64,000 nucleotides of DNA from Felis catus (lineage: Eukaryota), in the NCBI RefSeq assembly GCF_018350175.1, contig NC_058368.1, positions 228,596,001 to 228,660,000 of the forward strand, written 5' to 3'. Below, piece after piece: positions 12,602 to 25,260 of this stretch. Position numbers and translations under genes: made by a program. The notes beneath the pieces are model-generated. The model worked only from the letters and a program-made list of their open reading frames with translations, was not told the origin of the DNA and did not search any database. Position 1 is the first letter of the stretch, and each line of letters starts with the position of its first letter.

Positions 12602-12954
12602 CGAGGACTTGCTCCTTGAACAAATATAGATGAGCTCAGGTCTGGAGATCTTTCCATGTAAGATGCTTATAGCACAGACCCTGTAGTGGTTACACACAGT
12701 AGGAGGTCATGTGTGGTATTTTCAGATGAGTATTTCAACTGTGGCTAACTAGTACATGAAAACCAGAATCCTTTCATTTTCATCAAAAAATAATTTAAAT
12801 TTAACCCAAACTTCACAGAATAAATTATTAGAAGAGGCTGCTGATGTAGAAATAAAAGTGGAATTTTAAAATACAGAATCCTTTGTTTATGTTGTATGAA
12901 AGTTAAATATGACTATATTGAGCTCACTGAAATTGCTATACAAATATTTTCCTA

Positions 12955-13175
12955 GGGCACCTGGGGGGGCTCAGTTGGTTGAACATCTGACTCTCGATTT
13001 CAGCTTGGGTCATGATCCCAGGGTTGTGGAACCGAGTTCCGTATCAGGCTCTGCATTGACTGTGGTGCCTGCTTAAGATTCTTTCTCTCTCCCTCTGCCC
13101 CTTCCCCACTTGCTCGTGCATGCATGCATGCACTCTCTCTCTCTCTGTCTCTCTCAAAAATAAAAAATGTTAAAG
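12955..13175 (+). mobile_element. CanSINE
   Basis: gggcacctggg…gctcag head, (CT)n, A-tail. TSD-like aatattttc on both sides. Confidence 0.9.
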
Positions 13176-14418
13176 AATATTTTCTTGTCTTTAATCAATA
13201 AATGTATGTATGTGAGACTGAATTCTCTAGAATAGATGCTTTTAAAATAAAACCAAAAAAAGGGTTTACAAACATTACAGAAAGAGCTTTGTTGTCAATC
13301 TAACTTAGAATATTTAGGTAAAAAGCAAGAAGCAAGTTCATTTGTCACATCAAATATTGACATACATAGTGCTCATTCAAATGACATATATAGGTGTTTA
13401 ATATGGGAAAATTAGTAAATTTATTCGTATGTTTGGCTAATTCTGATTGTAGGGTGACCAAACATTATGTGTAACATCTATTCTCTCTGTTAATTGCCCA
13501 AATGGCTACTTTAAATAAACAAGGCCTATGGTATTTAAATTATTTTCTTTTTCTCTGTGTTATGTTTGTTCTACTTTTTTTGAGATTTGTCTATTGACAC
13601 TTCTATTAAAAACATGGAGGGCTTATCATTTGCATGTTTTTAAATTTCGATTTGTTAGTACTTTATATTTATTTCATTTTATAAAACCATTGGTTCAAAA
13701 TGGAAATGAGAAACAAAACAAGCATAAAGTGTTCTTCTAAAAAGTACAATTCTAGTTGAATGTGCCACACAGAGCTGATTTGTGGCAGTTGGCTGGATCA
13801 CCGAGACGGCCATCAGGTAACATCACTAATGTTTAATACTATTCCTCATTTATGTCACCTCAATCATTATACATTCCAGCACACCAGAACATTCCCAGCA
13901 TCCAACTCATGTTCTGCTCTATTGGTTTAACCAGTGCATAACTTGAGGGGATTAATTCTCTTGTTTCACTGACATTTTGCTATGTTGAAAAATATTTGAA
14001 ATTTATGAGCAATTGGTCTAGTGGGATTTGGAAAGCTTTTATGTAATACAGAGATTAGGTGCTTGTTGTAATGAGATTTTTCCTGTAGGAAATCAAATTA
14101 TTCCGGGACAGTTTAACCCTTTTGATTATGTAGCACTTCGCTCAGTGCATAAGAACCAACAGATTTGGCTGTGCAAAGGCAAAGAATGGCTGCATGGGTC
14201 CAGTGAATTTATTGTCACCTCGAACATCTGTCCTCCACCAGCCCAATGTCGCAACCAATGTCATTGTTTCTCTAAGTCTGGCATTGCCTCGAGATGAATG
14301 TATTTTCTGCATATGTTATTTGAAGAGGGTAAATACCCAAAGGCCAGCAGATCACAGTTACTGCAGTACTATTCAGAAAAGGAGACAGTCTGGAGGCACT
14401 ACCATAGAGAAAGATATA

Positions 14419-14617
14419 TTTTTTTAATGTTTTATTTATTTTTGAGAGCAGGCAGTGGGGGAGGGGGAGTGGGGCAAAGAGAGAGGGGGGAAGAGGATCC
14501 CAAGCTGGCTCTGTGCTGACAGCAGAGAGCCTGATGTGGGGCTTGAACTCACAAACCATGAGATCATGACCTGAGCCAAAGTCGGAAGGTTAACTGACTA
14601 AGCCACCCAGGCATCCC
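14419..14617 (-). mobile_element. CanSINE
   Basis: Ends agccacccaggcatccc. TSD-like gagaaag(a/g)ta on both flanks. Confidence 0.9.
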
Positions 14618-14999
14618 GAGAAAGGTATTTTTAAGGGGGATGTTACAACAAAGCTCGGAGCATAGGTGGTTGTTTGAGGAGGATGAACTCACATCTTTTG
14701 TAAACTATCAAGACAGCCATAGATTGCTGCACATAGTTGAGTGAGTAGAAACATGGACTTGACATGTTTATGTATATTCTCTTCCTCCAAGTCCTTTGAC
14801 CTAATCTTGCTAAGCTTACATCGTCTCAAGTGGAAAACAGGGAAACTCCATTCCTCCAAAGGCTGTGAGGACAAAATTATAGAATTCATATGAATCATGT
14901 TATATATGATCCATTAGTGTATTGTAGCCAGGAGTCTTACACATTTTACCACAGCTTTGTTCATGTTCATTCATGAATCTCCTGTGCATGATTTAGGAG

Positions 15000-15320
15000 T
15001 GCTTTCAGTTACAAGTAACAAGAAATTCAAATGAACATACCTTAAACAAATAGGAGCGTTACTCACATAACATTATATCGGAAGCAGACACTTTCTCCAT
15101 CAGTTCAGATGCTTAGCAACACAGTGAGGTGTTTAACCTCTTTTTATCTTTCTCTTCCTTCATCGCTAGCGTGTTGACGTTTGCCAACATGCTTTTTGCC
15201 AATATGGTCACCAAATGGTATTTGCATCTCCAGGAGTATGTGCAATTGTCAGAAAGGAAAAAGAGAAAAGGAAGAAAAGGCCCTTATCCTGGAATGTCTT
15301 GTCTTTTTATGCAAGAAAAC
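15000..15320 (-). mobile_element. MaLR LTR (MLT1J-like) fragment
   Basis: gctttcagttacaagtaacaagaaattcaa…cttaaacaaataggag…ctcacataac resembles the antisense MLT1J end. Confidence 0.55.
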
Positions 15321-15321
15321 G

Positions 15322-15854
15322 GTTGAGAGACAGTTCTCCATGAATATTTTAGGTCCGGCAACGCCTGGACCATCTAAACAAAGGCATGTTTGAACAACAA
15401 AGGCTTTGCAAGCTAGCACCTCACACACACCACCCTCCTTGCTCTTATGTGGACACATTCGTTTATATTCCAAAGTATTAACCTAGAGGCATTCCCCTAC
15501 CCTTACCAGACAGGATCTGTTCACAGCACAGAGTGAAGATAAGGTCTCTCCATCTACTAATTGGAGCATAGGCAGATTGACTATCCTACAGAAACTCAAG
15601 TCTCAAGGCTCTGGAGTTCTTCTCTTGTGGTGCAACTGAGTGCATCTGCATGTATGGTCCTCCTGGCCGTGCCCTGGGCGAATGGTAATGGGAGAACTGG
15701 TACAAGGTATCTTTTCATTTTGTCATGATTATTGCATGATATATTTCTCTGCCCAGAAGTCTTGTGCTTTTCTATGAGAAAATGTGTCTAAAATGCGGCA
15801 GGGCTTGTTAGCTTAAAAGTAGGCAAAATCCCAAACTCTTCACACTTTATGACT
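15322..15854 (+). mobile_element. ERV-L LTR (MER74/MER73-like)
   Basis: Begins gttgagagacagttctccatg and ends aagtaggcaaaatcccaaactcttcacactttatgac, both similar to recalled MER74 termini. Confidence 0.55.
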
Positions 15855-17567
15855 TAATAGAAGTAAGTTTCCTCAATAAATTTTTTTCTTACATTTTATT
15901 AGAATAGTAACACGCGCCTAATTTTAGACAAATTGATGACAACAAAGAATGATATTATACAACTAATTTATTACAATTATCACTTATCTCTTGGTCTTGG
16001 GGTAGCACTCTCTTCCATACAAGGTAACTCAGCCCACTCTGGAAATACGTATTTTCAGTGTTTATGAGTGTGGGTAACCAATGTATGAGCACTGGGTGGT
16101 ATACCCACCATATAAGATGAATCTGAAAGTCCATTAACAGTCTATGTGTTTGTGGTAACTGGACACTAAATTCCTTCAGGTCAAGGAATTATGTCTAATT
16201 TATACTAGCACATACTTAAGAGCTTAGTATAGACTCTTTTACCCACAGATGCTTAATACAGCTTGATGTCATGAATGAATTTATGTTAGCCAATAGCATT
16301 CTACTTCCAAAAATAATAAATCATGTTCAATTAATTGAAATACCTAAACTACGAAACAGAAAGGAACGGGAAATATATATCTAAGTCACTGAGTGACTTC
16401 TATCTTTTGTCTGATTGATTCTGGAAGTTTCCTGTACACTGGCAAAAACTTCTAATAAGTTACAATGATGCCATTTCATATAACTATTATCTTTCTTTAG
16501 TTTCAAGGTTGGTTTGGATGTTCCATTTCTACATGCTACACAGACACTTTAATATTGCAACTGTCAAATTCCTATATGATTTATAAACTGGGAGCTAAAA
16601 CGTCAAGGATGTTGTCAAGGAAAATGTTCTATATTCTTTAAAAATGTATTTATAGTCAGAACAGAATAAATACGGGGGCATGTATTTATTCTTAGTGACT
16701 TTCTTGTCAAAATTTATTGGGCTTACTTGTCAGGTGAGCACTAATCTTACTGTCTGTGCTATAAAATCAAACCGGAACACCAGGCTGTGTTCTTCTATTA
16801 CTGTGTCGCTATTGATAGTATACATTTCTGAAATTGAAAATTATTGGGCGATGTTAGCGACAAAGTAAATGATGCAGTGTGAGACAACTCAACTCTAATA
16901 CCTCTGCATGAGTGAACTGCTGCTTAGACTCTGATATAAATTACTTCCAAGTGAACCCCAACAAAAGAAATACAATAGAGCAAGCAGCAAAATTATCGTT
17001 AATTACATTTCCCATCAATAATAACAAATATTCAGATAGATTTATAGCTAGAAAAGATTTTGAATATTATTTACTTAATCTAATGTGTTAGTCACAGATA
17101 AATTAAATGGCTCATTGAGGCCACACAACAGGGTACCACTACTGATGGAGCCACGGTACCAACATGGCCATCTACAGGATACCCACTATCCTAGGGTGGT
17201 TCTTCCCAACTGCGTGAATTCCTGAGAATTAAGCAATTAAGCAACAATTAAGCAATTATTGTGTGTTGCTTTTATGCACTTGATTATTGCCGAAGTGGGC
17301 AATTTGGCACATGTATATGGTGTAAAATATAAAAGCTACTATAATTTTGTCAGTCATTCATAAAAAGTTCGTGTTGGCTAACCTAGCAAACTACTTTCCT
17401 TCAGTTTGTGCTTCATTCAACCTCTCTATTCTGTGGTTCTCAAAATGAGAAGACATTTTTCTTCTCCTGATGGGTCTCACCCTTTTTAGACAGGTCTGCC
17501 TTCCCACAGAGGAGGAAACTTCAAAACCACAGACACAATGCCTTTTACATTTAAATGGATCCATACA

Positions 17568-17830
17568 GGGGCGCCTGGGTGGCTCAGTCCCTTAAGCCTC
17601 CGACTTCTGCTCAGGTCATGGTCTCAAGGTTCAGTTCGTGAGTTTGAGCCCCTGTGGTTTTGAGGCTTCCTTCACTGTGGGGCTCTGTGCTGACAGCTTG
17701 GAGCCTGGGGCCTGCTTTGGATTGTCTCCCTCCTCTCTGCCCCTCCCCAGCTCATGCTCTGTCTCTCTCTCTCTCAAAAATAAATAAAATAAAAAATAAA
17801 AAAATAAAAAAATAACATTAAAAAATAAAA
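17568..17830 (+). mobile_element. CanSINE
   Basis: ggggcgcctgggtggctcag head and long A-rich tail. TSD taaatggat(c/t)cat(a/g)ca (17552-17567 / 17831-17846). Confidence 0.95.
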
Positions 17831-17959
17831 TAAATGGATTCATGCACAATACAGCTGCAAAAATGTTTTAATATTTCTATATTCACTAGTGGAAGAAAAG
17901 TGAGTGACATTTATTGGATATCTTTTATGAAATGTGCCTTTTAAGAAACACTTTTTAGA

Positions 17960-18140
17960 TACTATGTATTAAATTCTTACAATGACCCTATGGGACTGAT
18001 ATCATTAATGACCATTTGTCAAGTGACGAAAGTTAAGGTTTGGAAAAGTTAAGTAATAGGCATATGTTTCTAAATAGATATGATAATGCCTATTGAGTAG
18101 AAATTCAAATTCAGGCCTGCCATCATCAATGTCCTTTCCA
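17960..18140 (-). mobile_element. MIR relic
   Basis: Antisense MIR core (ttcttacaatgaccctatgg…ccatttgtcaagtgacgaaagttaaggtttggaaaagttaagtaa). Confidence 0.6.
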
Positions 18141-19384
18141 CGAAAGAATGACCACTGCTAAACACTAAAATATTTCCAACCGGGCAAGAGCTCTATTTGG
18201 TACATTGTCATCAAGGGTATTGATGTGTAGGGTTAATAATCATAGGAATTCCAAAATTATACAAAATCTCCAAATTTATGGGAAAAACATAACAAGAGAA
18301 AGTTACCATTTTTCCTTAGAAAATGAGATGCAGAAGCCTGGAATAATGCCTGATACTGGAAAACACAGAAGGAAAAAGAAATTGTACCCACATATCTTTG
18401 AGTCACAGACAGTCACTGACACACAGCTGGGCTATTTCACATTGGGTGTTAACTATCTACTGTGTAAGGTACAACATACAAACATTTGGTAGCAACGTCT
18501 TCATTAAATAGACACACTTCACTGTCCACATGCTAGATGACACACACTTGAGTCCCTTTATCAAGTGCCACTCTGGTAATTCTGCGGCATGCGTCGCTGG
18601 GATGGCAGAGGGAGTCCTACAGGATTGTCTTCACCCTGATTGTGGGTGACAGCCTATAATAATGAAATGATGGCTGTTCTTCCACGTGAATTAAATTATG
18701 GCTTCTGTGTTGGGCATGTCATTTCAGGAGATGCTTTTCTGACATAAACTCTCCATCTAGCAGGAACCAGAAAAGAAGGTTTGAAGTCCCTCACACCTTT
18801 GATCACTGCTGACCTGGTATGTATTAGAAGTAGTAAGCTGGAGCCGAAAGGCTTGGTTTTCCCTCCCTAGTTACCCTCCCGGGGCCACCCACTATCCTAT
18901 ATACCCCTAATTACCAGCCTCCTTCACCCATCAGGGGCCAGACTCCAGAGGAGAGTTAAGTAGTTTGTTTTCCAACAACACCCTGAAAGCAGATTATATA
19001 ACACTATGACACGTTTCACCCATGAAGGGCAGACACAGCTCTGCTCATTGGAAAAAAACAGAGCATTGGTATCTCAGCACATAAAAAACGCTTGTTGCAT
19101 TTTGAAAGAAGAGTTATATCCACCCTCTGGGGTTAGAGAACCCAACCCATAACTGTGAGCAACATTTATATACAATTGAACCTGGCTGCTAATTGACTGG
19201 ACAGTCAAAATTGCATGCAGCCAGGAAACCTGTCATCTTTAATCTTTCTGGAACTGCTTCAAAAGAGAATTAAGTGGAGAGCAATTTTTTATCAGAATTA
19301 AGCCAATACTATAGGTTTAAAATGGAAAACCTTAAAGTAACAAGAGAAATGGGCAGGTATTATTTGAATGAACTTTTAGAATGA

Positions 19385-19615
19385 TTTCTCTGCACTAGGC
19401 ACTGTTATTGTCTCTATTTTATTTAACTGTTGCAACAAATCTATGAAATAGTTTTGTGTTGTTTTGACTTAAAAAATTATTTTATAAATGAGGAAACTGT
19501 CTCGGAAGGTGAAATAACTTGTCTGAGCTCCCACAATGAGAATGTGGCTGAGCTGGGTTTTACACTCAGATCTCTTTGAGACCAAATTCTGCGATTTCTC
19601 ATTCATCCATTGCAT
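19385..19615 (-). mobile_element. MIR relic
   Basis: ttttataaatgaggaaactgtctcggaaggtgaaataacttgtctgagctcccaca…gagctgggtttta. Confidence 0.7.
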
Positions 19616-19834
19616 CGAGACTACATATCCTATTTCATACATTATAGATCCTCCAGGAAGCCAAAATAATAACAGAGAGAAATAGGACTTCCCATGACTC
19701 TTCACCCAGCTCCATTTCTTTCTCCAGAGAAAGGGATCACCACTATCACAGGTAGCGCTTTTCAGACTTCGTGTGTGGTGGTGACATTGGGAGTCAGACT
19801 CTTGGGGAGGAATTAAAGGTGCGAATTCCTGTAC

Positions 19835-19940
19835 ACACCAGACCTGTGACCCAGATTCTCTGGAAGTTGGGGTGTTGACTCTGCATGTTTAACAAGATTC
19901 CAGGTGAAATCTGTGATCACACATTTAAGAACCACCTTTC
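19835..19940. mobile_element. MER5-like hAT DNA-transposon relic
   Basis: ctctgcatgtttaacaagattccaggtga…tttaagaaccac matches the MER5 terminal motif. Confidence 0.55.
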
Positions 19941-20348
19941 CATGGAACGTGAGATTGTGGTTGAGTAGGGGATGCGGACTCTCCTTGTCTCCGGAAAAAA
20001 ATATCACTAATACTAGTATAAGTACCGTCACTCAGGTAACATTTGTGTATGGCAGTCAGCCTCACAGAGGGCTAGGTGAGCATCTATTATTTGGTGTTAT
20101 TTGAAAGATCACAAAACATCTTCGGTGGTGTTTAAATATATTTAACAATGTCAAAATATCTTTCTCTATGGTTAGCAGAGTAGTAAAAGTACCATGTTGT
20201 AGAGTTATCACCATCATTATCATCACCATCATCATCGTCATTGTCGTCCTTAGTCTTGAAGGTTTTATTCAAAATCTGACTGATCTTACATAAGATTTTG
20301 CTTGTGGAGTATTTGAATTACAGAGCTCTGTAATTCTGTATTAAAAAA

Positions 20349-20442
20349 ATATATATGTATATATGTGTGTGTATATATATATATATACATATATATGTAT
20401 ATATGTGTGTGTGATATATATATGCGCATATATATATATATA
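20349..20442. repeat. (TA)/(TG) microsatellite
   Basis: Directly visible alternating dinucleotides. Confidence 0.9.
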
Positions 20443-21180
20443 AAATGCCCACTCCTGCAATGTGGTGAATGATCAATCTATTCGGGGACCCACAGAAAAC
20501 GGACCACAAGAAAAGTGAGCCCGGGACGTGTTTGGAAAGTAGAAGCGGGGAGAGGACAAAGGAATGCTTCACAGAGTCAGAGAGCAAAAACAAGCAGTGC
20601 ACACACATCAAAGCCGGGTTTTATGTTTTTCATGGTTTTGCCCCAGCCCAGACCCTACTGTCTACAGGAGTCAGTGACATCTACTGTCTGACCTAGGTGA
20701 TCAATCCTCCACCGGCTTCTAAGAAAACACTTGCACACAAGGTAGGATATTTTTCTTCCAAAAAATGTGATCAGAGACCCATGGCTTCCTCTATACAAAG
20801 GGAAAGGAATTTAAACGCAGAACATAAAAATGGGCTCTTATTTTAGCATTAGCTATTTGCATGACCCTAAGTGATTTCTAAAAAGAAACATTCCTTTTAA
20901 TTTCTTGCTGCTGATGACAATGGTGCATATTCTATGCAACATAAATTTGATGGATAAATACCAATATATTTACTTGTATAATGTATACATTTTGTAGAGT
21001 GTTACATATATTTATATAATTTATGTAAGTGTGTAAAAATATCCTTCTGAACTTATGCAACTAGAAATATTTGTATAATCGTTGTTCAAATATGTTAACT
21101 AAATAACTTAGGCATTTCTATTGTTTCTTGTTAAGATTCACACCAACTAAGATTACATATTGTTTACTTGCCACAATATT

Positions 21181-21384
21181 CTATTTTATTTTATTTTGAG
21201 AAAGAGAGAGAGAAAGAAAGCATGCAAGTGGGGGAGGGGGCAGAGGGACAGAAAGACAGAATCCTACATAGGCTCCATACTCCACATGGAGCCTGAGGTG
21301 GGACTTGATCTCACAACTGTGAGATCATGACCTGAGCCGAAATCACGAGTTGGACACTCAACCGACTGAGCCATCCAGGCACCC
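21181..21384 (-). mobile_element. CanSINE
   Basis: Antisense head …ctgagccatccaggcacccc. TSD ccacaatatt. Confidence 0.9.
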
Positions 21385-21917
21385 CCACAATATTATTGAT
21401 TGTACCTGAGATGTAGGAAAAATTAAAAAATATTTAAATAAATGATTCTCTATATAGTTTTAGAATAATCCAGTAGATTTTATTATTTGTTTGCTTTTCT
21501 TTTCAGATGACTGTGGATTACTAGGCCAATTTAAAATTATGCAAGGATCAAGCACCGTTGTCTTACTGCAGGGCTTTTGCAATGTTTATTAGATTTGACA
21601 GATTATTTTCAAAGCTAACTTAGTTTGCGCTGGATGGGTACCACATCTCTGCTAAATATAGGCTGCAATGTGTTTCCATATGAAACATGTTTGACAAAGG
21701 AAGAGATCAAGTCTTAGGTTAGATGACTTGGGAAAAGGAATTTGGGTAAGTGGGAATGCGCCCTGGGTATTAGTACAGACAAGGCAAAGAGAAAGGACAG
21801 GTATTAGATCCTTACAAACCCATTTTGTAAGTGCACTTTTGCACGGGTGAGAGAATGCGCATGTCTCCTATTTCTGCTCTGACAGAAAAGCTCCTGTAAT
21901 CAACAAAACCAGCATTT

Positions 21918-22330
21918 TGTATCAGTCACAACAACGGCATTCGTATGGCTGCCCTGAGTTGTGCTATGGTAATAGACAATCCCCAAATCTCAGTGGCATG
22001 AAAGAATCCTGCTTTATTTCTCGCCAGCTCTATTGTGTGCATTGTGGGTCAGCAGGTGGCTCTGCTCTGCCCCACCCACGCCGTCACTCTGGGACCACAG
22101 GGGGGAGGACTCTCTCTGTACCTTTGCTACATTCTGCAACATAGGGAAAGAGGCCTGAAGGTAACAAACAGTGGTAACAAAATCCTTGGCTTTGTAACAG
22201 TGGTAACAGAATCCTTGGCTTAAAGTTACAGACTTTTTTTTTTCTAAAAACTTCCTGATCGAAATTAGTCACATGGCTCCGCCCCACCAGACTGGAACCA
22301 GGAATTGAAATGCTCCCGTGTGCCTGGTAG
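21918..22330 (-). mobile_element. MaLR LTR (MLT1K/L-like)
   Basis: tgtatcagtca…gttgtgctatggtaatagacaatccccaaatctcagtggc…tttatttctcgc…attagtcacatggc. Confidence 0.65.
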
Positions 22331-23221
22331 GAATGCCTCAGGATTGTCGCACAGAGAGTGGTGACACAGAGGCTTTTCTTTCCAGGAAGCAACTTTATTC
22401 ATGGCGGCACATACTGGAAGAACTGAACCCCGAGTGCCACGTGGTGGTTTTTTATACATTTTCTATTTCTTTGTCTTCCATATGTGATATCACACAAACG
22501 TGCAATCTGATTAAGTGGTCTCATGTTACAAGATCGGGAGGGATGTCACCTAGGGGTATAGCCAGGTTGCCTTGAGATTTTGTTGTTGTTTTATTTTGTT
22601 TTCCATTCATTAGAGAGGGGACCCTACCCCAGGGAGAGATGAAAAGTTTGCAGAACTCGTGACTACCATAGCATTTATCTCATTGTTACTGTCTTCTTAA
22701 GAAACTAGCGCCATTGACTTACCATGAAACCATTAAATTAAGGGAAATATTCATCGACCAAATTTTTTGCAAAATCCTACTCCTTACTTGTACCTTTAAA
22801 ATCCCACTCTCATGCTGAAAACTTTTGGGAAAACAGAAAAGAAAGTAAATTTATTGTGCTGAGTGGGAAGGTAACAAATATATAAAGGAAAATGAATGAA
22901 CTTGAGAAGCTTTGATGTGGAATTTTGGAGAGGTGAGTCATAGTACTTTGTGTATTCCTTATTCAGTGAATTTTTAGTTGAATGAGTGTGGGGACTATGT
23001 TGCCTTTGACGATAGATCTATGCCTGTTATTTGTCACAGGACCTGTTACATAAAAGTCTCTCAATTAACATCTGTTGAATGCTTAATCAGGGAAGAATAT
23101 TTGAGTGATTAGGTGGGAGATGGATTAAAGTGGTGGAGATAGAAATGCAGACAACTCATGCAATACAGAAGCTATGCTTTGAATAAGGACTTAGTGAAAT
23201 ACAGAAGATGACTTCCTCCAA

Positions 23222-23430
23222 AACTGTGTTAAGTACAATAGCTACTAGCTGCGTAAGGCTACTTAAATATCAATTAAGTAAAATTAAATAAAATTTAAAA
23301 TTCTACTCGTTAGTTACACTAGACGATTTCAAGTACTCAATTGTTATACATGGCTAATGGTTACCATATTGGACAGCGTAGATATAAGACATTTTCATCA
23401 TCGCTGTAATTTCTATTGGACAGTGCTACT
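23222..23430. mobile_element. MER3/MER33-like hAT DNA-transposon relic
   Basis: atagctactagct…ttaaataaaatttaaaattc…catattggacagcg…ttctattggacagtgct. Confidence 0.7.
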
Positions 23431-23675
23431 CTAGATTACATTTTGGGAGAAGTCAGCCCTCTTGTAAGGCAGTCTATTACAACTAATTCTTGTTTAATGT
23501 ATCATGTCTTTTGAAAAAAAAAATATTGCTAGAATATGCTATCTCAAGCGAAGTGAAAGCATTTTAGCCAACTATGAAGGACAGAAGCAAGTAAAAATAT
23601 GCCCTTTTTGAAATGGCAAAACAAAGACACCAGCCAAATCATGCTGGCTCCATTTGTATTAAGGATAGATTCTTA

Positions 23676-23880
23676 GGGGAGCCTGGGTGGTTCAGTCGCT
23701 AAGCGTCGGACTTCGGCTCAGGTCATGATCTCAGGGTTCATGAGTTTGAGCCCCGACTTTGCACCGAAAGCCCAGTGCCTGCTTCGAATCCTCTGTCTCC
23801 CTCTCTCTCTCTGCTCCTCTCCTACTCATACAACACACACTCTCTCTCCTTCTCAAAAATAAATAAACATTTCTAAAGAA
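23676..23880 (+). mobile_element. CanSINE
   Basis: ggggagcctgggtggttcag head, (CT)n, and ctcaaaaataaataaacatt tail. Confidence 0.9.
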
Positions 23881-25059
23881 AGAATTAACTCTTAGGATGA
23901 GAATATTATGTGTAAGCATCTTATCTTAATTCCTTTCATGGTACATGAAATTGCACCTACTTATGCACTGAAGATTGTGAAGAAGAGAACAGTTATCCTT
24001 TACACTGTGCCAAAATGTTGTTAATTTCAGAGGAAACATCAATTCTGTTGATACATGTTGCTAGCAACAAACAGAAAGCAAACCCACATTTGGTAATAAT
24101 AGTAGTTTGATAATTTTGTTTTCCTGCTGTTACTAGTTTCTTGTTCTTTGAGAAGAGCAGTTAAACAAAAAGGGAAGAATGGCTTACGCATGTGTCCTGT
24201 CTGTCTTGTCAGTAATCTGGCCCGGGATACACTGAGAGCAATAATCACCCACTCCTCAGGAATTTGGATACTGAAGCAAAGTTACTACAAGGCTGTATCT
24301 AGATACGTACAAGATTACATTTTGGCAGAGTAGAGAAGATGGAAGGCTGCAATCTGATGGCCTTTATGTAAAGTTTGTGTGGGAAAGAAATAGATATGAG
24401 AGAATATGAGCCCAGTTGTGTTAATTCTAAAACACACATCATCCCATTTTTTATAGCCACTTCTGACTCATGTAAAGAGAAGTAAAAACTTTAACACTAG
24501 TTCGAAATTATTTTTCCCCAGACCATCTGCTTCCAGGCCAAATTCTCAACATGCCAGAATCACCTTCCACTTCATTAGTAAACAAATACATTCTTTCTTT
24601 TTTGCTTAATGAAAAAAAAAAAAAAAAAGAAACCTGGTGAAAATATGTCATTGGAGAAGATATTTTGAAATAAAAAGTCATAAACAGATCATAATGGCAT
24701 ATTCAATCCGAATGGATGATCAGACTGATTAGAACATTCCTAGCTGTCCTGATTAAGATTCCATTTTACATATCACCTTTAGAGGTAGACATCTAACTCT
24801 TTTATGTTCACTCTTACCTAGGACTTTAGAAGCTAATAATTCAATTTCTAAGGATGTATCAGCATAGCAAATCACAATACACAAATCCATTCCGCTATTA
24901 GATAAAACTTTTCTGTGGTTCCTCTGTGCAGTGTTGTGGGCAATCCAAAAATGACACAGCATGTAAATTCGTAGAGATGATAAACACATTCTTGGCCATT
25001 TGATGTCCAAGCATGAACTCCCAGTCCCTAAGCCACACCACCTGGTTTGGCAGTATGAC

Positions 25060-25260
25060 CATCATGCTGAAGGGTCAGAGAAACCTGGGTTTCATGCAGA
25101 CCCTGCTGTTTCCTAGGCTGGGAGCCTGAACTAACTCATTCTACTTTACTAAGACGTGGATTCCTCATCTGTAAAATGGTAATAATCATAGTACCTACTC
25201 TACAGGATTAGTGTTTTGGATAATTCATAGTTAGCATTGTAACCTACCTGAACATTGTTC
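25060..25260 (+). mobile_element. MIR relic
   Basis: ttcctcatctgtaaaatggtaataatcatagtacctactctacaggatt is the MIR core. Confidence 0.75.

Noticed and set aside
11719..12623. Active L1 or host gene in the ORF2-like ORFs
   Set aside because: The element is 5'-truncated (~1.3 kb), frameshifted, and lacks the promoter, ORF1 and the EN/RT core.
17568..17650. tRNA gene (A/B-box-like sequence)
   Set aside because: It is the tRNA-derived head of a CanSINE with (CT)n, A-tail and TSD. The same holds for the other SINE heads.
18560..19150. Possible ancient LTR or Gypsy-like relic
   Set aside because: No termini, TSD or recognisable motif that I can support.
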